Part shown: piece by piece, positions 47,853 to 58,229 of the stretch
Layout: every line of letters begins with the position of its first letter
Position numbering within the stretch: position 1 is the first letter of the stretch
Source: Bacteroidota bacterium
Lineage (GTDB): Bacteria > Bacteroidota > Bacteroidia > Chitinophagales > Chitinophagaceae
Assembly (NCBI GenBank): GCA_947476145.1
Contig: CANJPH010000011.1
Span: 2,663 to 66,662 of the forward strand
Direction of reading: 5' to 3'
DNA length: 64,000 nucleotides
Program-made: the position numbers and the translations under genes
Notes under the pieces: model-generated
What the model was told of the DNA's origin: nothing
What the model saw: only the letters and a program-made list of their open reading frames with translations
The model's database searches: none

Positions 47853-48560
47853 TTATTGTAATGCCTTAGTGAATTCAGCCTCCTCTACAATGCCCGATTT
47901 TCTCCAAACTTCTTTTCCATTTTTATAAATGATAAAGGAAGGTAATGCCTCAAAATTTACGTGTTTCATCACGTCCATATCCACGCCTCCGTCTACAGCT
48001 AAGAAATACAATTTAGCTCCCTGATTTTTTTTGATTTGATCAATTGTTGGTTGCATCTTTCTACAAGGAGGACACCAACTTGCCCCAATATCCACTAATA
48101 CTAAATTATTAGAGGCAAGTACTTTATCATAATCCGAAACCATCATTTGTTGCACATTGGCATTGCCTTCTACCGGTAAATTATTCATTTTCCAATTACT
48201 CATCCCTCCTTCTAAATTCACTACCTTAAATCCTTTCTCCATTAAATAAGACTGCGCTGCAGCACTTCTGCCTCCTGCTTGACAATACACATATACCGTT
48301 GCATTTTTATTTAAATGTTGTGTTCTGCTTTCAAATTCTTTTGAATCATTCCAGTTGGCTTGCAATGCATTTTTAATATGGCCACCAGCAAATTCAGTTG
48401 CAGTTCGAACATCTAATACCTGAACATTTTGTTTTTGAATTGCAATTTGAAACTCGTTTACTGGCAAAGTACTTAGTAGCTTGGTTTCTTTATTTCCTTG
48501 CGCACAACTCACCAAAGAGATAGCCAATGTAAACAGGCTAGCAAAAAAAACGTTTTTCAT
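47853..48560 (-). CDS. Lipoprotein with fused rhodanese and thioredoxin domains
   Basis: Lipobox LVSC; LDVRTATEF...HI and YCQAGGRS (rhodanese); WCPPC (thioredoxin). Confidence 0.85.
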   Translation of the reverse strand: MKNVFFASLFTLAISLVSCAQGNKETKLLSTLPVNEFQIAIQKQNVQVLDVRTATEFAGGHIKNALQANWNDSKEFESRTQHLNKNATVYVYCQAGGRSAAAQSYLMEKGFKVVNLEGGMSNWKMNNLPVEGNANVQQMMVSDYDKVLASNNLVLVDIGASWCPPCRKMQPTIDQIKKNQGAKLYFLAVDGGVDMDVMKHVNFEALPSFIIYKNGKEVWRKSGIVEEAEFTKALQ

Positions 48561-48569
48561 AAATAAATT

Positions 48570-49223
48570 TTAGTAGGTAACTGAAACCTTAAAGATCTTA
48601 TTTGAAATTCCTAAGATCGTTGCTGCTGCATCGCTTAAGCGGTATTGAATGGCACCACCCACGTCGGGTAAACTATTGATTACTTTTGCACAAATACTTT
48701 TTAACTCAGGCGTTGTGATTCTTACAATCGTACCAATTGGCATTTGATTGGTAAGGATATAAAACTTGCCATCATCCCAGCCACTTAAACTTTTAAAAAC
48801 AGATGCAGTTCCTTCAAGTGTTTGAATGGTAGTAGATTTAGACTGACTAGAAAACATAGTAGCATAATACCCTTCTTTGTTATTATTATCATTCAGCAAT
48901 GAAGTTTTGCGAATACTATCTGCAACTCTTGTTTTAATTTGATTATCGGAAATCATTTGAAGAGAAGCTGTTTTACTATCACTCTCTTGTTTTAACTGAG
49001 CTGAATCTTTTACAATTCTAGTAGTGGATTTCCTCTTTTTTGACTTTGAGCCACGTTTTGATTTACTCTTTTTGCTCTTTTTAGCAGAAACGGCGGACTT
49101 AGCCTTTGCTTTCTTAGACTTAGTCACGGTTTGGTAGGTTGCATAATTCACAGCAGCACTACTATTTGAACTATTCAATAGACCAAGGCACACGACGAAT
49201 ATGAGTAAATATTTGCTAAACAT
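48570..49223 (-). CDS. Exported hypothetical protein with Lys/Ser-rich segment and RlpA-like double-psi beta-barrel C-terminus
   Basis: Signal peptide; KSKKAKAK...KSKKRK tract; GTIVRIT...AKV...RLSDAAAxxLG pattern. Confidence 0.55.
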   Translation of the reverse strand: MFSKYLLIFVVCLGLLNSSNSSAAVNYATYQTVTKSKKAKAKSAVSAKKSKKSKSKRGSKSKKRKSTTRIVKDSAQLKQESDSKTASLQMISDNQIKTRVADSIRKTSLLNDNNNKEGYYATMFSSQSKSTTIQTLEGTASVFKSLSGWDDGKFYILTNQMPIGTIVRITTPELKSICAKVINSLPDVGGAIQYRLSDAAATILGISNKIFKVSVTY

Positions 49224-49301
49224 GGATGCAAAGGTACCGAATTGAAATGTGAATAAAAAGCGAAATTAATTCTAATTAAATTAATTTATAATGTGTATTC
49301 A

Positions 49302-50663
49302 TCAGTATTTCAATATGCGCCATGGTGTAGGATAATAATTATTAGTTCTATTTGGTAATAACTTTGCCCAACCCAGCAAAATTTGATGATAATAAACCCC
49401 TGCCCAGCCCCTTGTGCCTTCTAACGTAATGTCGGCTCGTCTTAGGTATTGGAGGGCGGTTTCGAGGTCAACTTCTATTTTTCCAAAAGGCTTATTTACC
49501 CAATGACTCATAGCTAGCGCATGGTCAGGAATCAAATCTTTCCCTTTTAATTCCCCCAAAGCCATTCCCATTTTTTTTACATATAAATGCGACAGCAATG
49601 TTTTAATTGGCATTACCATATCCAACGGTACGGCAATAATCGTATTTTGATGATTGATGTATTCATATTCCAAAGGCAACTCCAAATGATCCGCTAAAAC
49701 AGCGCGTTCATTTTTTGTAATGCTATTCCAATTGAAAGTGGATTGATAAAAAGTAGTACTCGGATTGATTAGTTTTTGAAAAACACAAACAAAGAAACCT
49801 TCTCCTTTTATTTTATCCGGATAAAATCTAAATCCTTTCGCTTTTGCATTTGGACTTTCTGTCAAAACTATATTCCAATTTTCAGGAATGGTTATTTTTA
49901 CATTATGCATCCCTGGTATAGCACTAATAAAATCCATTATTTTTTCATTCTCTTCAAATGAATAAGAGCAAGTTGAATAAATTAAATACCCTCCTTCTTT
50001 TAAAGAGTCTATACTATCCTCTAAAATTCGCTCTTGCCTCGTACTACAGTGTAATACACTCTCCTCACTCCATTCATTGATCGCATCCGGATCTTTTCTG
50101 AAAAGCCCGCTACCACTGCATGGAGCGTCCACCACCAGTAGATCAAAAAAATTAGGCAATGCTTTAAAATGCGAAGGATCATTTTGTGTAACCACCACCC
50201 TGTCGCTACCCCATTTTGTTATATTCTCCACCAATATTGCATTGCGTGATTTGATGGTTTCATTAGACACGACTAACCCTTCATTAAAATAATGGGCAAG
50301 TAAGGTACTCTTGCCTCCTGGTGCCGCACATAAATCAAGTACTATTTTATTTTTCGGAGCTGGAAATATTTCTGAAATGATATGTTGAATAAACATACTG
50401 CTCGCTTCTTGCACATAGTACGCGCCGGCATGCCATAAAGGATCGGTCACGAACAAAGGCCTTTCCTTTAAATAAAAACCATTTGAACACCAGGGGATCG
50501 TAGTTGTATTGTTTAAAAAAGAATGCGCAGCCAAGTCAAATGTTTTGGCAGGGTTCAATCGAACACTGGTAATTTGATCCCCCAATTCATGTACGCGTAT
50601 AAAACTTTCCTGATGATAACCAGGCAATGAAGTTAATGACGTTAATAAACTTTGAGGTAACAA
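49302..50663 (-). CDS. rsmF: RsmF/NOL1/NOP2-family rRNA m5C methyltransferase
   Basis: YYVQEASSM, DLCAAPGGKST, VDAPCSGSG, YSTCS, ENE; TTG start. Confidence 0.88.
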   Translation of the reverse strand: MLPQSLLTSLTSLPGYHQESFIRVHELGDQITSVRLNPAKTFDLAAHSFLNNTTTIPWCSNGFYLKERPLFVTDPLWHAGAYYVQEASSMFIQHIISEIFPAPKNKIVLDLCAAPGGKSTLLAHYFNEGLVVSNETIKSRNAILVENITKWGSDRVVVTQNDPSHFKALPNFFDLLVVDAPCSGSGLFRKDPDAINEWSEESVLHCSTRQERILEDSIDSLKEGGYLIYSTCSYSFEENEKIMDFISAIPGMHNVKITIPENWNIVLTESPNAKAKGFRFYPDKIKGEGFFVCVFQKLINPSTTFYQSTFNWNSITKNERAVLADHLELPLEYEYINHQNTIIAVPLDMVMPIKTLLSHLYVKKMGMALGELKGKDLIPDHALAMSHWVNKPFGKIEVDLETALQYLRRADITLEGTRGWAGVYYHQILLGWAKLLPNRTNNYYPTPWRILKY

Positions 50664-50673
50664 TGAGTATGAT

Positions 50674-51471
50674 TTAATATCTAATGATAAAATGTTCTTT
50701 TTCTTTCTGCGCTTTTCTCAAAAACACCAACCCAATAAAAAATAAATCAATGGTTAAGGTAACCGATGGATGTGCTTTTATTTCGGCCCAAGCTTTTTCC
50801 ATTTCCGCACTCCAATGAATGTCATCAAAAATGAGCACCGAATCTTCATTCGATTTTTCAAGTAGGCAATTAAAATACTGTATGGTAGGTGCATACCTAT
50901 GATTCCCATCCACATAGGCTAACCCAATTTGATCCAATTTGCTTATATAGTCGGGTAGTGTATTGTTAAAGTCCCCCTCCAACAATTCAATATGTTGCAA
51001 TCCCACTTCATTAAAAGTTTCTTTGGCAATGGCTGCCACATTTGGCGCTCCTTCCAATGTTACCATCTTTGCGTTTACATTGCCCGCTGCTAAGTAGCAA
51101 GTAGTGATGCCTAAGGAAGTGCCCATTTCTACAATATGAGCAGGTTGATAATAAGCAACAATTTTATGCAGTAATTGGCTATACTTTTTTGGCTTTAACG
51201 CTGCTTTAGCAATTTGCTGAATGGATCTTTCCGTATGATCTGTTTGTCTTGAACCTGCACCTCTGTCCCACACTTCAATTTTTTGTGTATTTTCTTTTAA
51301 TGCTTTTCTGCGTACTTCAATTTTGGATGCGATAGGCGTGATCTCCTTTGTATTCAACACTCCTTTAATAAAATTAAATACAAACGGAGAATGCACGCCA
51401 TGTCCTTTGCCATTCTCAGATTGAATAAAATACTGTAGATATTTTTTAAGCAATGTTAGCGATGAATACAT
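50674..51471 (-). CDS. Class I SAM-dependent methyltransferase
   Basis: HGVHSPFVF, VEMGTSLGITT, YVDGNH, IFDDIHWS. Confidence 0.85.
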   Translation of the reverse strand: MYSSLTLLKKYLQYFIQSENGKGHGVHSPFVFNFIKGVLNTKEITPIASKIEVRRKALKENTQKIEVWDRGAGSRQTDHTERSIQQIAKAALKPKKYSQLLHKIVAYYQPAHIVEMGTSLGITTCYLAAGNVNAKMVTLEGAPNVAAIAKETFNEVGLQHIELLEGDFNNTLPDYISKLDQIGLAYVDGNHRYAPTIQYFNCLLEKSNEDSVLIFDDIHWSAEMEKAWAEIKAHPSVTLTIDLFFIGLVFLRKAQKEKEHFIIRY

Positions 51472-51474
51472 AAA

Positions 51475-51966
51475 TTATTTTCTTTGCCAACATTCAAAAT
51501 CAAAATCAAATGCGTGCTTTTCGTCGGCATGATTTGTTTCGGTTGATTGCTTTTCCCATTCAGTTCCTAAAACAGGGAAAAATGTATCCCCATCAATGGT
51601 AGTATGAACCCTTGTTAACCAAACTTTATTGGCCAATGGCAAAGCTATTTCATAAACCTGTCCACCCCCAATTACCATGAGTTCTTTGTAATCTTTTTTA
51701 TTCGCTAAATCTATGGCTTGTTCCATCGTATTGACCACTTCTGCGCCTTCTATTTTTAAATCCTGTTGTGTAGTCAAAATAATATTTAATCTGCCAGGCA
51801 ATAATTTACTACCCATAGATTCAAAAGTTTTTCGACCCATTAAAATGGGTAATGCCCAAGTAGTATTTTTAAAAAAACGCATATCCTTAGGCAAATGCCA
51901 AAGCAATTGATTGTCTTTACCAATGGCATTATTAAGGGAGGCTGCTACTACAAGGGTTATATTCAT
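51475..51966 (-). CDS. folA: Dihydrofolate reductase
   Basis: IGKDNQLLWHLPKD, MGRKTFES, LPGR, IGGGQVY, GDTFFP. Confidence 0.95.
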   Translation of the reverse strand: MNITLVVAASLNNAIGKDNQLLWHLPKDMRFFKNTTWALPILMGRKTFESMGSKLLPGRLNIILTTQQDLKIEGAEVVNTMEQAIDLANKKDYKELMVIGGGQVYEIALPLANKVWLTRVHTTIDGDTFFPVLGTEWEKQSTETNHADEKHAFDFDFECWQRK

Positions 51967-51977
51967 GATGATTGTTA

Positions 51978-52772
51978 TTATACAGCAACGGGTGCTTTAA
52001 TACCTGGGTGACATTCGTAATTTTCTAGTGTGAAATCCTCAAATTTGAAAGAAAAAATATCTTTCACTTCCGGGTTTATTTTCATCGTTGGCAAATGAAA
52101 TGGCGTTCTTGATAATTGCAACTGAGCTTGCTCAAAGTGATTATTATATAAATGCACATCTCCAAAGCTGTGTACAAAATCACCATATTGTAATCCACAA
52201 ACCTGCGCAATCATCATGGTTAATAAGGCATAGGAGGCAATGTTAAATGGAACGCCTAAAAAAACATCGGCACTTCGTTGATATAATTGACAACTTAATT
52301 TTCCGTCAGCCACATAAAATTGAAACATATTGTGACAGGGCATTAAAGCCATCTTTTTCAAATCACCCACATTCCATGCACTCACAATTAAACGTCTACT
52401 GTCTGGTGTTTTTTTAATTTGTTCTATAAGTTCAGTTATTTGATCTACCACAATACCATTGGCACCTTCCCAACTTCTCCATTGTTTTCCATACACGGGA
52501 CCTAAGTCACCATTTGCATCTGCCCACTCATCCCAAATACGAACCCCATTGTCTTTTAAATATTTAATATTGGTATCCCCATTTAGGAACCATAGTAATT
52601 CATAAACGATACTTTTTAAATGTACTTTTTTAGTGGTCACTAAGGGAAATCCATCGGCGAGGTTAAAACGCATTTGATATCCAAAACAGCTTTTGGTACC
52701 CGTACCTGTACGATCTGTTTTTTGCGTGCCTTCTTCTAAAATATGTTTTAATAAAGTCAAATATTGTTGCAT
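51978..52772 (-). CDS. thyA: Thymidylate synthase
   Basis: [39 protein letters not shown]. Start ATG 52772 (264 aa). Confidence 0.97.
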   Translation of the reverse strand: MQQYLTLLKHILEEGTQKTDRTGTGTKSCFGYQMRFNLADGFPLVTTKKVHLKSIVYELLWFLNGDTNIKYLKDNGVRIWDEWADANGDLGPVYGKQWRSWEGANGIVVDQITELIEQIKKTPDSRRLIVSAWNVGDLKKMALMPCHNMFQFYVADGKLSCQLYQRSADVFLGVPFNIASYALLTMMIAQVCGLQYGDFVHSFGDVHLYNNHFEQAQLQLSRTPFHLPTMKINPEVKDIFSFKFEDFTLENYECHPGIKAPVAV

Positions 52773-52851
52773 GCTGCAATTTACAACCATTGCCTCTTAA
52801 TAGAAAACATTTTAAAGAGATGGGGAGAAGCTGTGAAAAATAAAAACTTGC

Positions 52852-54042
52852 TTATTTGGTTGACTTTCGTCTGGCCAATTCTGTCTTCAATAGTACCAAT
52901 TCCTTGTTGGTTTGGCCATTTACGCTTGTATTTTCCTCGGCCCTGCGCATTAAATAAGGGATGACTTCGTTGATAGGGCCAAATGGCAAATACTTGCTAA
53001 CATTATACCCTTGAACTGCCATATTAAATGTGATGTGATCTCCCATCCCAAATAACTGAGAAAAATGAACATGATGATCGTTTTTATCAAACGATAAATT
53101 AGCCATGGCGCTAGCAATCGCAATATTACTAGCCTCATTATGTGTGGCCAATAACAATGAAATACTGTCTTTATTACTTATACAATAAGTGGCTGCTGCA
53201 TCAAAGTCTTTATCGGTTGACTCCTTGTCAAGATGTATAGGAGAAGTATATCCTAATTTTATGGCACGTTCTCTTTCTTTTTCCATGTAAGCGCCGCGCA
53301 CCAATTTTGCTCCCAACAAAAAACCACCTTCTTTCGCTAACCTATGTGATAATTGTAAAAAATGTAAACGATCGTTTCTGTATAATTGATAGGTATTATA
53401 AACTACTACCTTTTCTTTGTTGTACTCTTTCATCAATTCAATCGCTAAACGATCGATAGGATCTTGTATCCATGTTTCTTCTGCATCTAATAAAATACCC
53501 ACTCCTTTTTCTTGTGCAACATCACAAATAGCATACATCCTTTCTCTAACCCTTTCCCATGCTGCATTTTCAGACTCACTATCATGTATACCGCTTCTTA
53601 ATCGGGGGGCTTCATTTAAATGTTCTAATAAAATATGGCTTGCTATACCGGTTATTTTAACACTTATAAATGGAATATTATTTTGTGTTGCTGCAAAGTC
53701 AATCGCTTCAATAATATGTGATGTCACGTCATCAAAATTTGACTCTCCCTCTTTTGCTTCTACCCCATAATCCAAAATAACTTGTACATCATAAGAACCC
53801 AATAATTTTGCTGTTCTTGCCGACTCTTCCAACGTTTCTCCGCCCACAAATTGTTTAAACACCGTATTTCTTAAAATCCCATTGATTGGAAAACCCATTT
53901 TCATTAAGAAGGGCGTCACTTTCGTTGCAAGCGATACCATCAATGGATTTTGAATCACACTTATTAAAAATTTTGCTTTTTTTAAATCGGGCGTACTTTT
54001 GTATGCAAAAGCATTTTGGGTATTGTCAAAAGATAGGTTCAT
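52852..54042 (-). CDS. Proline dehydrogenase (monofunctional)
   Basis: QFVGGET, LDAEE, TYQLY, KLVRGAYME, ATHN, SQLFGM, PYLMRRAEEN. Confidence 0.9.
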   Translation of the reverse strand: MNLSFDNTQNAFAYKSTPDLKKAKFLISVIQNPLMVSLATKVTPFLMKMGFPINGILRNTVFKQFVGGETLEESARTAKLLGSYDVQVILDYGVEAKEGESNFDDVTSHIIEAIDFAATQNNIPFISVKITGIASHILLEHLNEAPRLRSGIHDSESENAAWERVRERMYAICDVAQEKGVGILLDAEETWIQDPIDRLAIELMKEYNKEKVVVYNTYQLYRNDRLHFLQLSHRLAKEGGFLLGAKLVRGAYMEKERERAIKLGYTSPIHLDKESTDKDFDAAATYCISNKDSISLLLATHNEASNIAIASAMANLSFDKNDHHVHFSQLFGMGDHITFNMAVQGYNVSKYLPFGPINEVIPYLMRRAEENTSVNGQTNKELVLLKTELARRKSTK

Positions 54043-54129
54043 GCTAACATTGGTTCGTATTGCAAATATCGGTTGGAAAATGGGAATGACAAAGAAATAG
54101 TACCTTTAAAATCATACAAATTAATCGCC

Positions 54130-55233
54130 ATGGATTTGAAAATTACGAAGACAGAGATTTACATGTTTAAAATACCCATGGTGCCATTTACCATTGCCAC
54201 GGGGACCATGGAATTTGCGCAGAATGTGCTTATTAAAATACATACCAATGAGGGTATCATTGGACTTGGTGAATGTTCTGCCTTTCCAATGATTGTTGGA
54301 GAAACGCAGACCAGTTGTTACCATCATGCTAAAGATTTTGCTTCATTTTGGAAAAGAAAAAATCCTTTGGAAATACAAACAAGACTTGCAGAGTTAGATA
54401 AAATCATAGCCGGTAATTATACCATTAAAAGTGCTTTTGATATTGCCCTATATGATATTGCCGCTAAGGTTGCTAACCTGCCATTGTATGCATTTTTGGG
54501 AGGCAAACAAAAGGCTATTGAGTCGGACTTAACCATTGGGATAGATAGTCCCGAAAAAATGGCAGAACAAGCCATAGAATTTAAAGAAAAGGGCGTTACC
54601 ATGATAAAAGTTAAATTAGGTAAAGATCCAGCAACAGATATTGAAAGAATACAAAAAATAAGAACCGCCATTGGCAGTGAACTTAAATTAAGAATTGACG
54701 CAAATCAGGGATGGTCCAAAGAGGATGCGCTTCCAGTTTTAAAAAGCCTTTCTCAATTTGATATAGAATTTTGCGAGCAGCCCATGCATAAATATTATGA
54801 CGACTACCTACCCGCTTTATGTGCCGCTTCCCCGATACTTATTATGGCTGACGAGTCCGTTTTTACACATCACGATGCACGAAAATTAATTGCCAACAAA
54901 GCTTGTCATTTAATTAATATTAAATTTTCAAAAAGTGGCGGGATTCAAGAAGCCATTAAAATTCAATCCATTGCTAGTGAAAATAAGATGGCTTGTATGA
55001 TGGGTGGCATGTTAGAAAGCCGTTTGGCTTTAAGTGCTAAAATGCACTTTGCCATGGCACATGACAATATTAAATACTACGATATGGACACTTGTCTATT
55101 AGGGCATATGGCGGACCCTATACTAGGCGGCGTCCAGTTTAACGGAATGCACTTAAGCATTGACGATACGCCTGGACATGGCGCGGATGTTGACCCAGAT
55201 TATCTTTCTAAACTTGAGCACTGCGTTGTATAA
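54130..55233 (+). CDS. Dipeptide epimerase (L-Ala-D/L-Glu epimerase, enolase superfamily)
   Basis: KVKLG, RIDANQGW, EQP, MADES, NIKFSKSGG, DMD. Start ATG 54130. Confidence 0.88.
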   Translation: MDLKITKTEIYMFKIPMVPFTIATGTMEFAQNVLIKIHTNEGIIGLGECSAFPMIVGETQTSCYHHAKDFASFWKRKNPLEIQTRLAELDKIIAGNYTIKSAFDIALYDIAAKVANLPLYAFLGGKQKAIESDLTIGIDSPEKMAEQAIEFKEKGVTMIKVKLGKDPATDIERIQKIRTAIGSELKLRIDANQGWSKEDALPVLKSLSQFDIEFCEQPMHKYYDDYLPALCAASPILIMADESVFTHHDARKLIANKACHLINIKFSKSGGIQEAIKIQSIASENKMACMMGGMLESRLALSAKMHFAMAHDNIKYYDMDTCLLGHMADPILGGVQFNGMHLSIDDTPGHGADVDPDYLSKLEHCVV

Positions 55234-55265
55234 GTAGTTGTATATTTGAAGTATAATTACAAAGT

Positions 55266-55781
55266 ATGGAAGCAAGAAAAGCAAGTGATTCATTTATCAC
55301 CATGAACGAATTGGTTTTACCCAACGACACCAACACATTTGGTGACTTAATGGGAGGTAAACTTATGTATTGGATGGATATTGCAGCTTACCTTTCTGCT
55401 GCGAAGCATTGTAACTCGGCAGCAATGACTGCATCGGTGGATAATATTAGTTTTAAGACCCCTATTAAATTAGGAAATGTAATTTGCATTGAAGCCATTG
55501 TTACTCGTGCTTTTAATACCTCTATGGAAATTCATTTAAAAGTGTGGAATCAAAATATGATTTCACAAACAAGGGTATTAAGCAATGAAGCATTTTTTAC
55601 TTTTGTTGCACTAGATGAAAACAAACATCCTAAAAAAGTACCTGAAATAATTGCCGTAACAGAAGAAGAAATAAAATATTATGATGGCGCATTAAGACGT
55701 CGTCAAATGAGATTGATATTAGGTGGAAAAATGAAGCCTGATGATGCTACTGAATTAAAAGCATTTTTTACACACGACTAA
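55266..55781 (+). CDS. Acyl-CoA thioesterase (hotdog fold)
   Basis: PNDTNTFGDLMGG, TASVD, AFFTFVALD. Confidence 0.9.
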   Translation: MEARKASDSFITMNELVLPNDTNTFGDLMGGKLMYWMDIAAYLSAAKHCNSAAMTASVDNISFKTPIKLGNVICIEAIVTRAFNTSMEIHLKVWNQNMISQTRVLSNEAFFTFVALDENKHPKKVPEIIAVTEEEIKYYDGALRRRQMRLILGGKMKPDDATELKAFFTHD

Positions 55782-56539
55782 GCTTCCTTTAAAGCATGAT
55801 GCTTTCCCTTAAGCATAAAGTCTTTGCTTTGCTCAATCGCTTCCATTACTTGTGAAAGAATTTCTTCTACCGGCGCATTGTAGTCAATATTAAGTGGTGG
55901 CTTAATCCGCACTGTTAAAGTAGTTCCCACTTTTTTAAACGTAAGTCCTTTTTTTGTGAATGCGCGCCAAAATCCATTGATTACAACGGGCACTACCACT
56001 GGTCTATTATTTTTGATGATATGTGCAGTTCCTTTTCTGCCCGGTGCAAAAGGCTTAGTGGTTCCTTGGGGAAATGTAATCACCCAGCTTTTTGACAATG
56101 CCTGATCAATTTTTTGTGTATCCACCGAATCTCTTTCTCGGCTTACATCCATACCCTCGGCTCTCCAAGTTCTTTTTACGGTTAATGCTCCTCCTAATTT
56201 GAACAACCTGGACAACCAACTATTATTCATGGTTTCTTCCGCTGCCACAAAATAAAGATTGGTGAATGGACTTAATAAATAATAAGGGATACCTAATTTA
56301 TTATACTTGCGCCATTTGAAGGCACAAAAAATATGTACAAAGGCAATTACATCTCCAAAATAAGTTTGGTGATTACTTACAAACAATACTTTTTCCTTAG
56401 GCAAATGGGTTAAGTGCTCGGTCCCCTCAATTTTAATGACATTAAATAAAGCAAGCCCTGGATACGTAAACAAACCTACTAAGCCATATATAATAGAGCG
56501 GAAAATTCTGATATTTTTTAACCGATCAAATAAGGTCAT
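55778..56539 (-). CDS. Lysophospholipid acyltransferase family protein
   Basis: VSNHQTYFGD (NHxxxxD), FPQGT. Start ATG 56539. Confidence 0.88.
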   Translation of the reverse strand: MTLFDRLKNIRIFRSIIYGLVGLFTYPGLALFNVIKIEGTEHLTHLPKEKVLFVSNHQTYFGDVIAFVHIFCAFKWRKYNKLGIPYYLLSPFTNLYFVAAEETMNNSWLSRLFKLGGALTVKRTWRAEGMDVSRERDSVDTQKIDQALSKSWVITFPQGTTKPFAPGRKGTAHIIKNNRPVVVPVVINGFWRAFTKKGLTFKKVGTTLTVRIKPPLNIDYNAPVEEILSQVMEAIEQSKDFMLKGKHHALKEA

Positions 56540-56593
56540 TATGCAATCAATTGTTAGAGGTGCAAGATAGTACAAATATTGTATCTTTAGGCA

Positions 56594-57256
56594 ATGAAAA
56601 AGTCGGCAGTAATTTTTGATATTGATGGATTGTTAATTAATAGTGAGCCTTTGTGGAACAAAGCTGCGACCGAAATTTTTAGACAATACGGTGTTATATT
56701 AACGCAACAACAATATGCAATTACGACAGGACTTAGATCGAAAGAATTTGTCGCATTTTGGTTACATCAATTTAATGTACCAGTTAGTCAAAATGAAATT
56801 GTCGAAAAAAGGATTATTGAATTAGCACTTGAACTTATTGATAAGGAAGTTACCTTAATGCCAGGCGTGGAACATGTTTTTGAATTTTTCTTACAGCAAA
56901 ATTTCAAAATGGGTTTAGCCAGTTCCTCTCCCATGGAATTAATTGAATGGGTAAAAGATAAATTAGGTATTAGAAGTTACATACATGCAAGTTGTTCGGC
57001 ACAGCATTTGCCTTTTGCAAAACCACACCCGCAGGTTTATTTAGATTGTGCAGCTACAATGCATACCAATCCACTTGCTTGTATCTGTTTTGAAGACTCT
57101 TATTACGGTATGATTGCTGCAAAAGCGGCAAGAATGACTTGCGTAGTGGTACCCGCTGCCGAAGACATAAAGCTAGAGCACTGGGGTGCAGCGGATTTAA
57201 AACTTTCCTCTTTACAAAATTTTGGGGCTTTACATTTTAATATGCTTAACCCCTAA
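56594..57256 (+). CDS. HAD-family phosphatase (hexitol phosphatase HxpB-like)
   Basis: IFDIDGLLINSEP, ASSS, KPHPQVY, FEDS. Confidence 0.87.
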   Translation: MKKSAVIFDIDGLLINSEPLWNKAATEIFRQYGVILTQQQYAITTGLRSKEFVAFWLHQFNVPVSQNEIVEKRIIELALELIDKEVTLMPGVEHVFEFFLQQNFKMGLASSSPMELIEWVKDKLGIRSYIHASCSAQHLPFAKPHPQVYLDCAATMHTNPLACICFEDSYYGMIAAKAARMTCVVVPAAEDIKLEHWGAADLKLSSLQNFGALHFNMLNP

Positions 57257-57266
57257 ATCAAGCTCC

Positions 57267-58229
57267 ATGAAATTAGCAAAAGAAGTTATAGGGAAAGAGT
57301 TGGTTGAGTTTGAAAAGCATTTTAAGGATGCTGTTAAAAGCAGGGTGGCCCTCTTAGACAGAATAATGCAATATATTGTCAAGCGAAAAGGAAAGCAAAT
57401 GCGACCTATGTTTGTATTGCTGTCTGCTAAATTGCATGGTGAAATAACACCCTCCTCCTATCGTGCTGCAAGCTTGGTGGAACTTTTACACACCGCAACC
57501 CTAGTCCATGATGACGTGGTGGACGATGCATTAGAAAGAAGAGGCATGTTTTCCATTAATGCATTATGGAAAAATAAAATTGCAGTATTGGTTGGCGATT
57601 ATTTATTATCAAAAGGATTATTACTTTCCCTTGAAAACAAGGACTTTGAAATATTGGCCATTTTGTCTAACGCAGTAAAAAAAATGAGCGAGGGAGAGTT
57701 ATTGCAAATGGAGAAAGCGAGAAACTTAAATTTCGATGAGTCGGTATATTATGAAATTATCAATGGCAAAACGGCCAGCTTACTTTCATCTAGTTGTGGC
57801 GCAGGGGCTGCCTCTGTAACCAAGGATGAATCTATTATTCAAAAAATGCGTGAATTTGGCGAAATGGTGGGGATGGCATTTCAAATTAAAGACGACTTAT
57901 TTGATTATGGAGATGCTATTATTGGGAAACCAACAGGTAATGATATCAAAGAAAAAAAATTAACCCTGCCGCTAATACATATTTTACAAAAAGTAGACCC
58001 GATCTTAAAAAAAGAAATTATCAATATTGTAAAAAATAATAATAACGATAAAAAGAAAGTCAAATTCGTAATTGATAATGTAGTAGCCAATGGCGGCATT
58101 GAATACGCAACACAAAAAATGATTGAATACCGAGACAAAGCCATTGACATTTTATATAGTTTCCCCGAAAGTCCATCAAGAGCGGCACTGGAAGAATTAG
58201 TTCGTTACACAACCGACCGTGCCTACTAA
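57267..58229 (+). CDS. Polyprenyl diphosphate synthase
   Basis: GKQMRP, LVHDDVVD, GKTA, FQIKDD, GKPTGND. Start ATG 57267. Confidence 0.92.
   Translation: MKLAKEVIGKELVEFEKHFKDAVKSRVALLDRIMQYIVKRKGKQMRPMFVLLSAKLHGEITPSSYRAASLVELLHTATLVHDDVVDDALERRGMFSINALWKNKIAVLVGDYLLSKGLLLSLENKDFEILAILSNAVKKMSEGELLQMEKARNLNFDESVYYEIINGKTASLLSSSCGAGAASVTKDESIIQKMREFGEMVGMAFQIKDDLFDYGDAIIGKPTGNDIKEKKLTLPLIHILQKVDPILKKEIINIVKNNNNDKKKVKFVIDNVVANGGIEYATQKMIEYRDKAIDILYSFPESPSRAALEELVRYTTDRAY

Noticed and set aside
49263-49287. AAATTAATT/AATTAATTT inverted repeat as a terminator
   Set aside because: AT-only stem, expected by chance in this AT-rich spacer.
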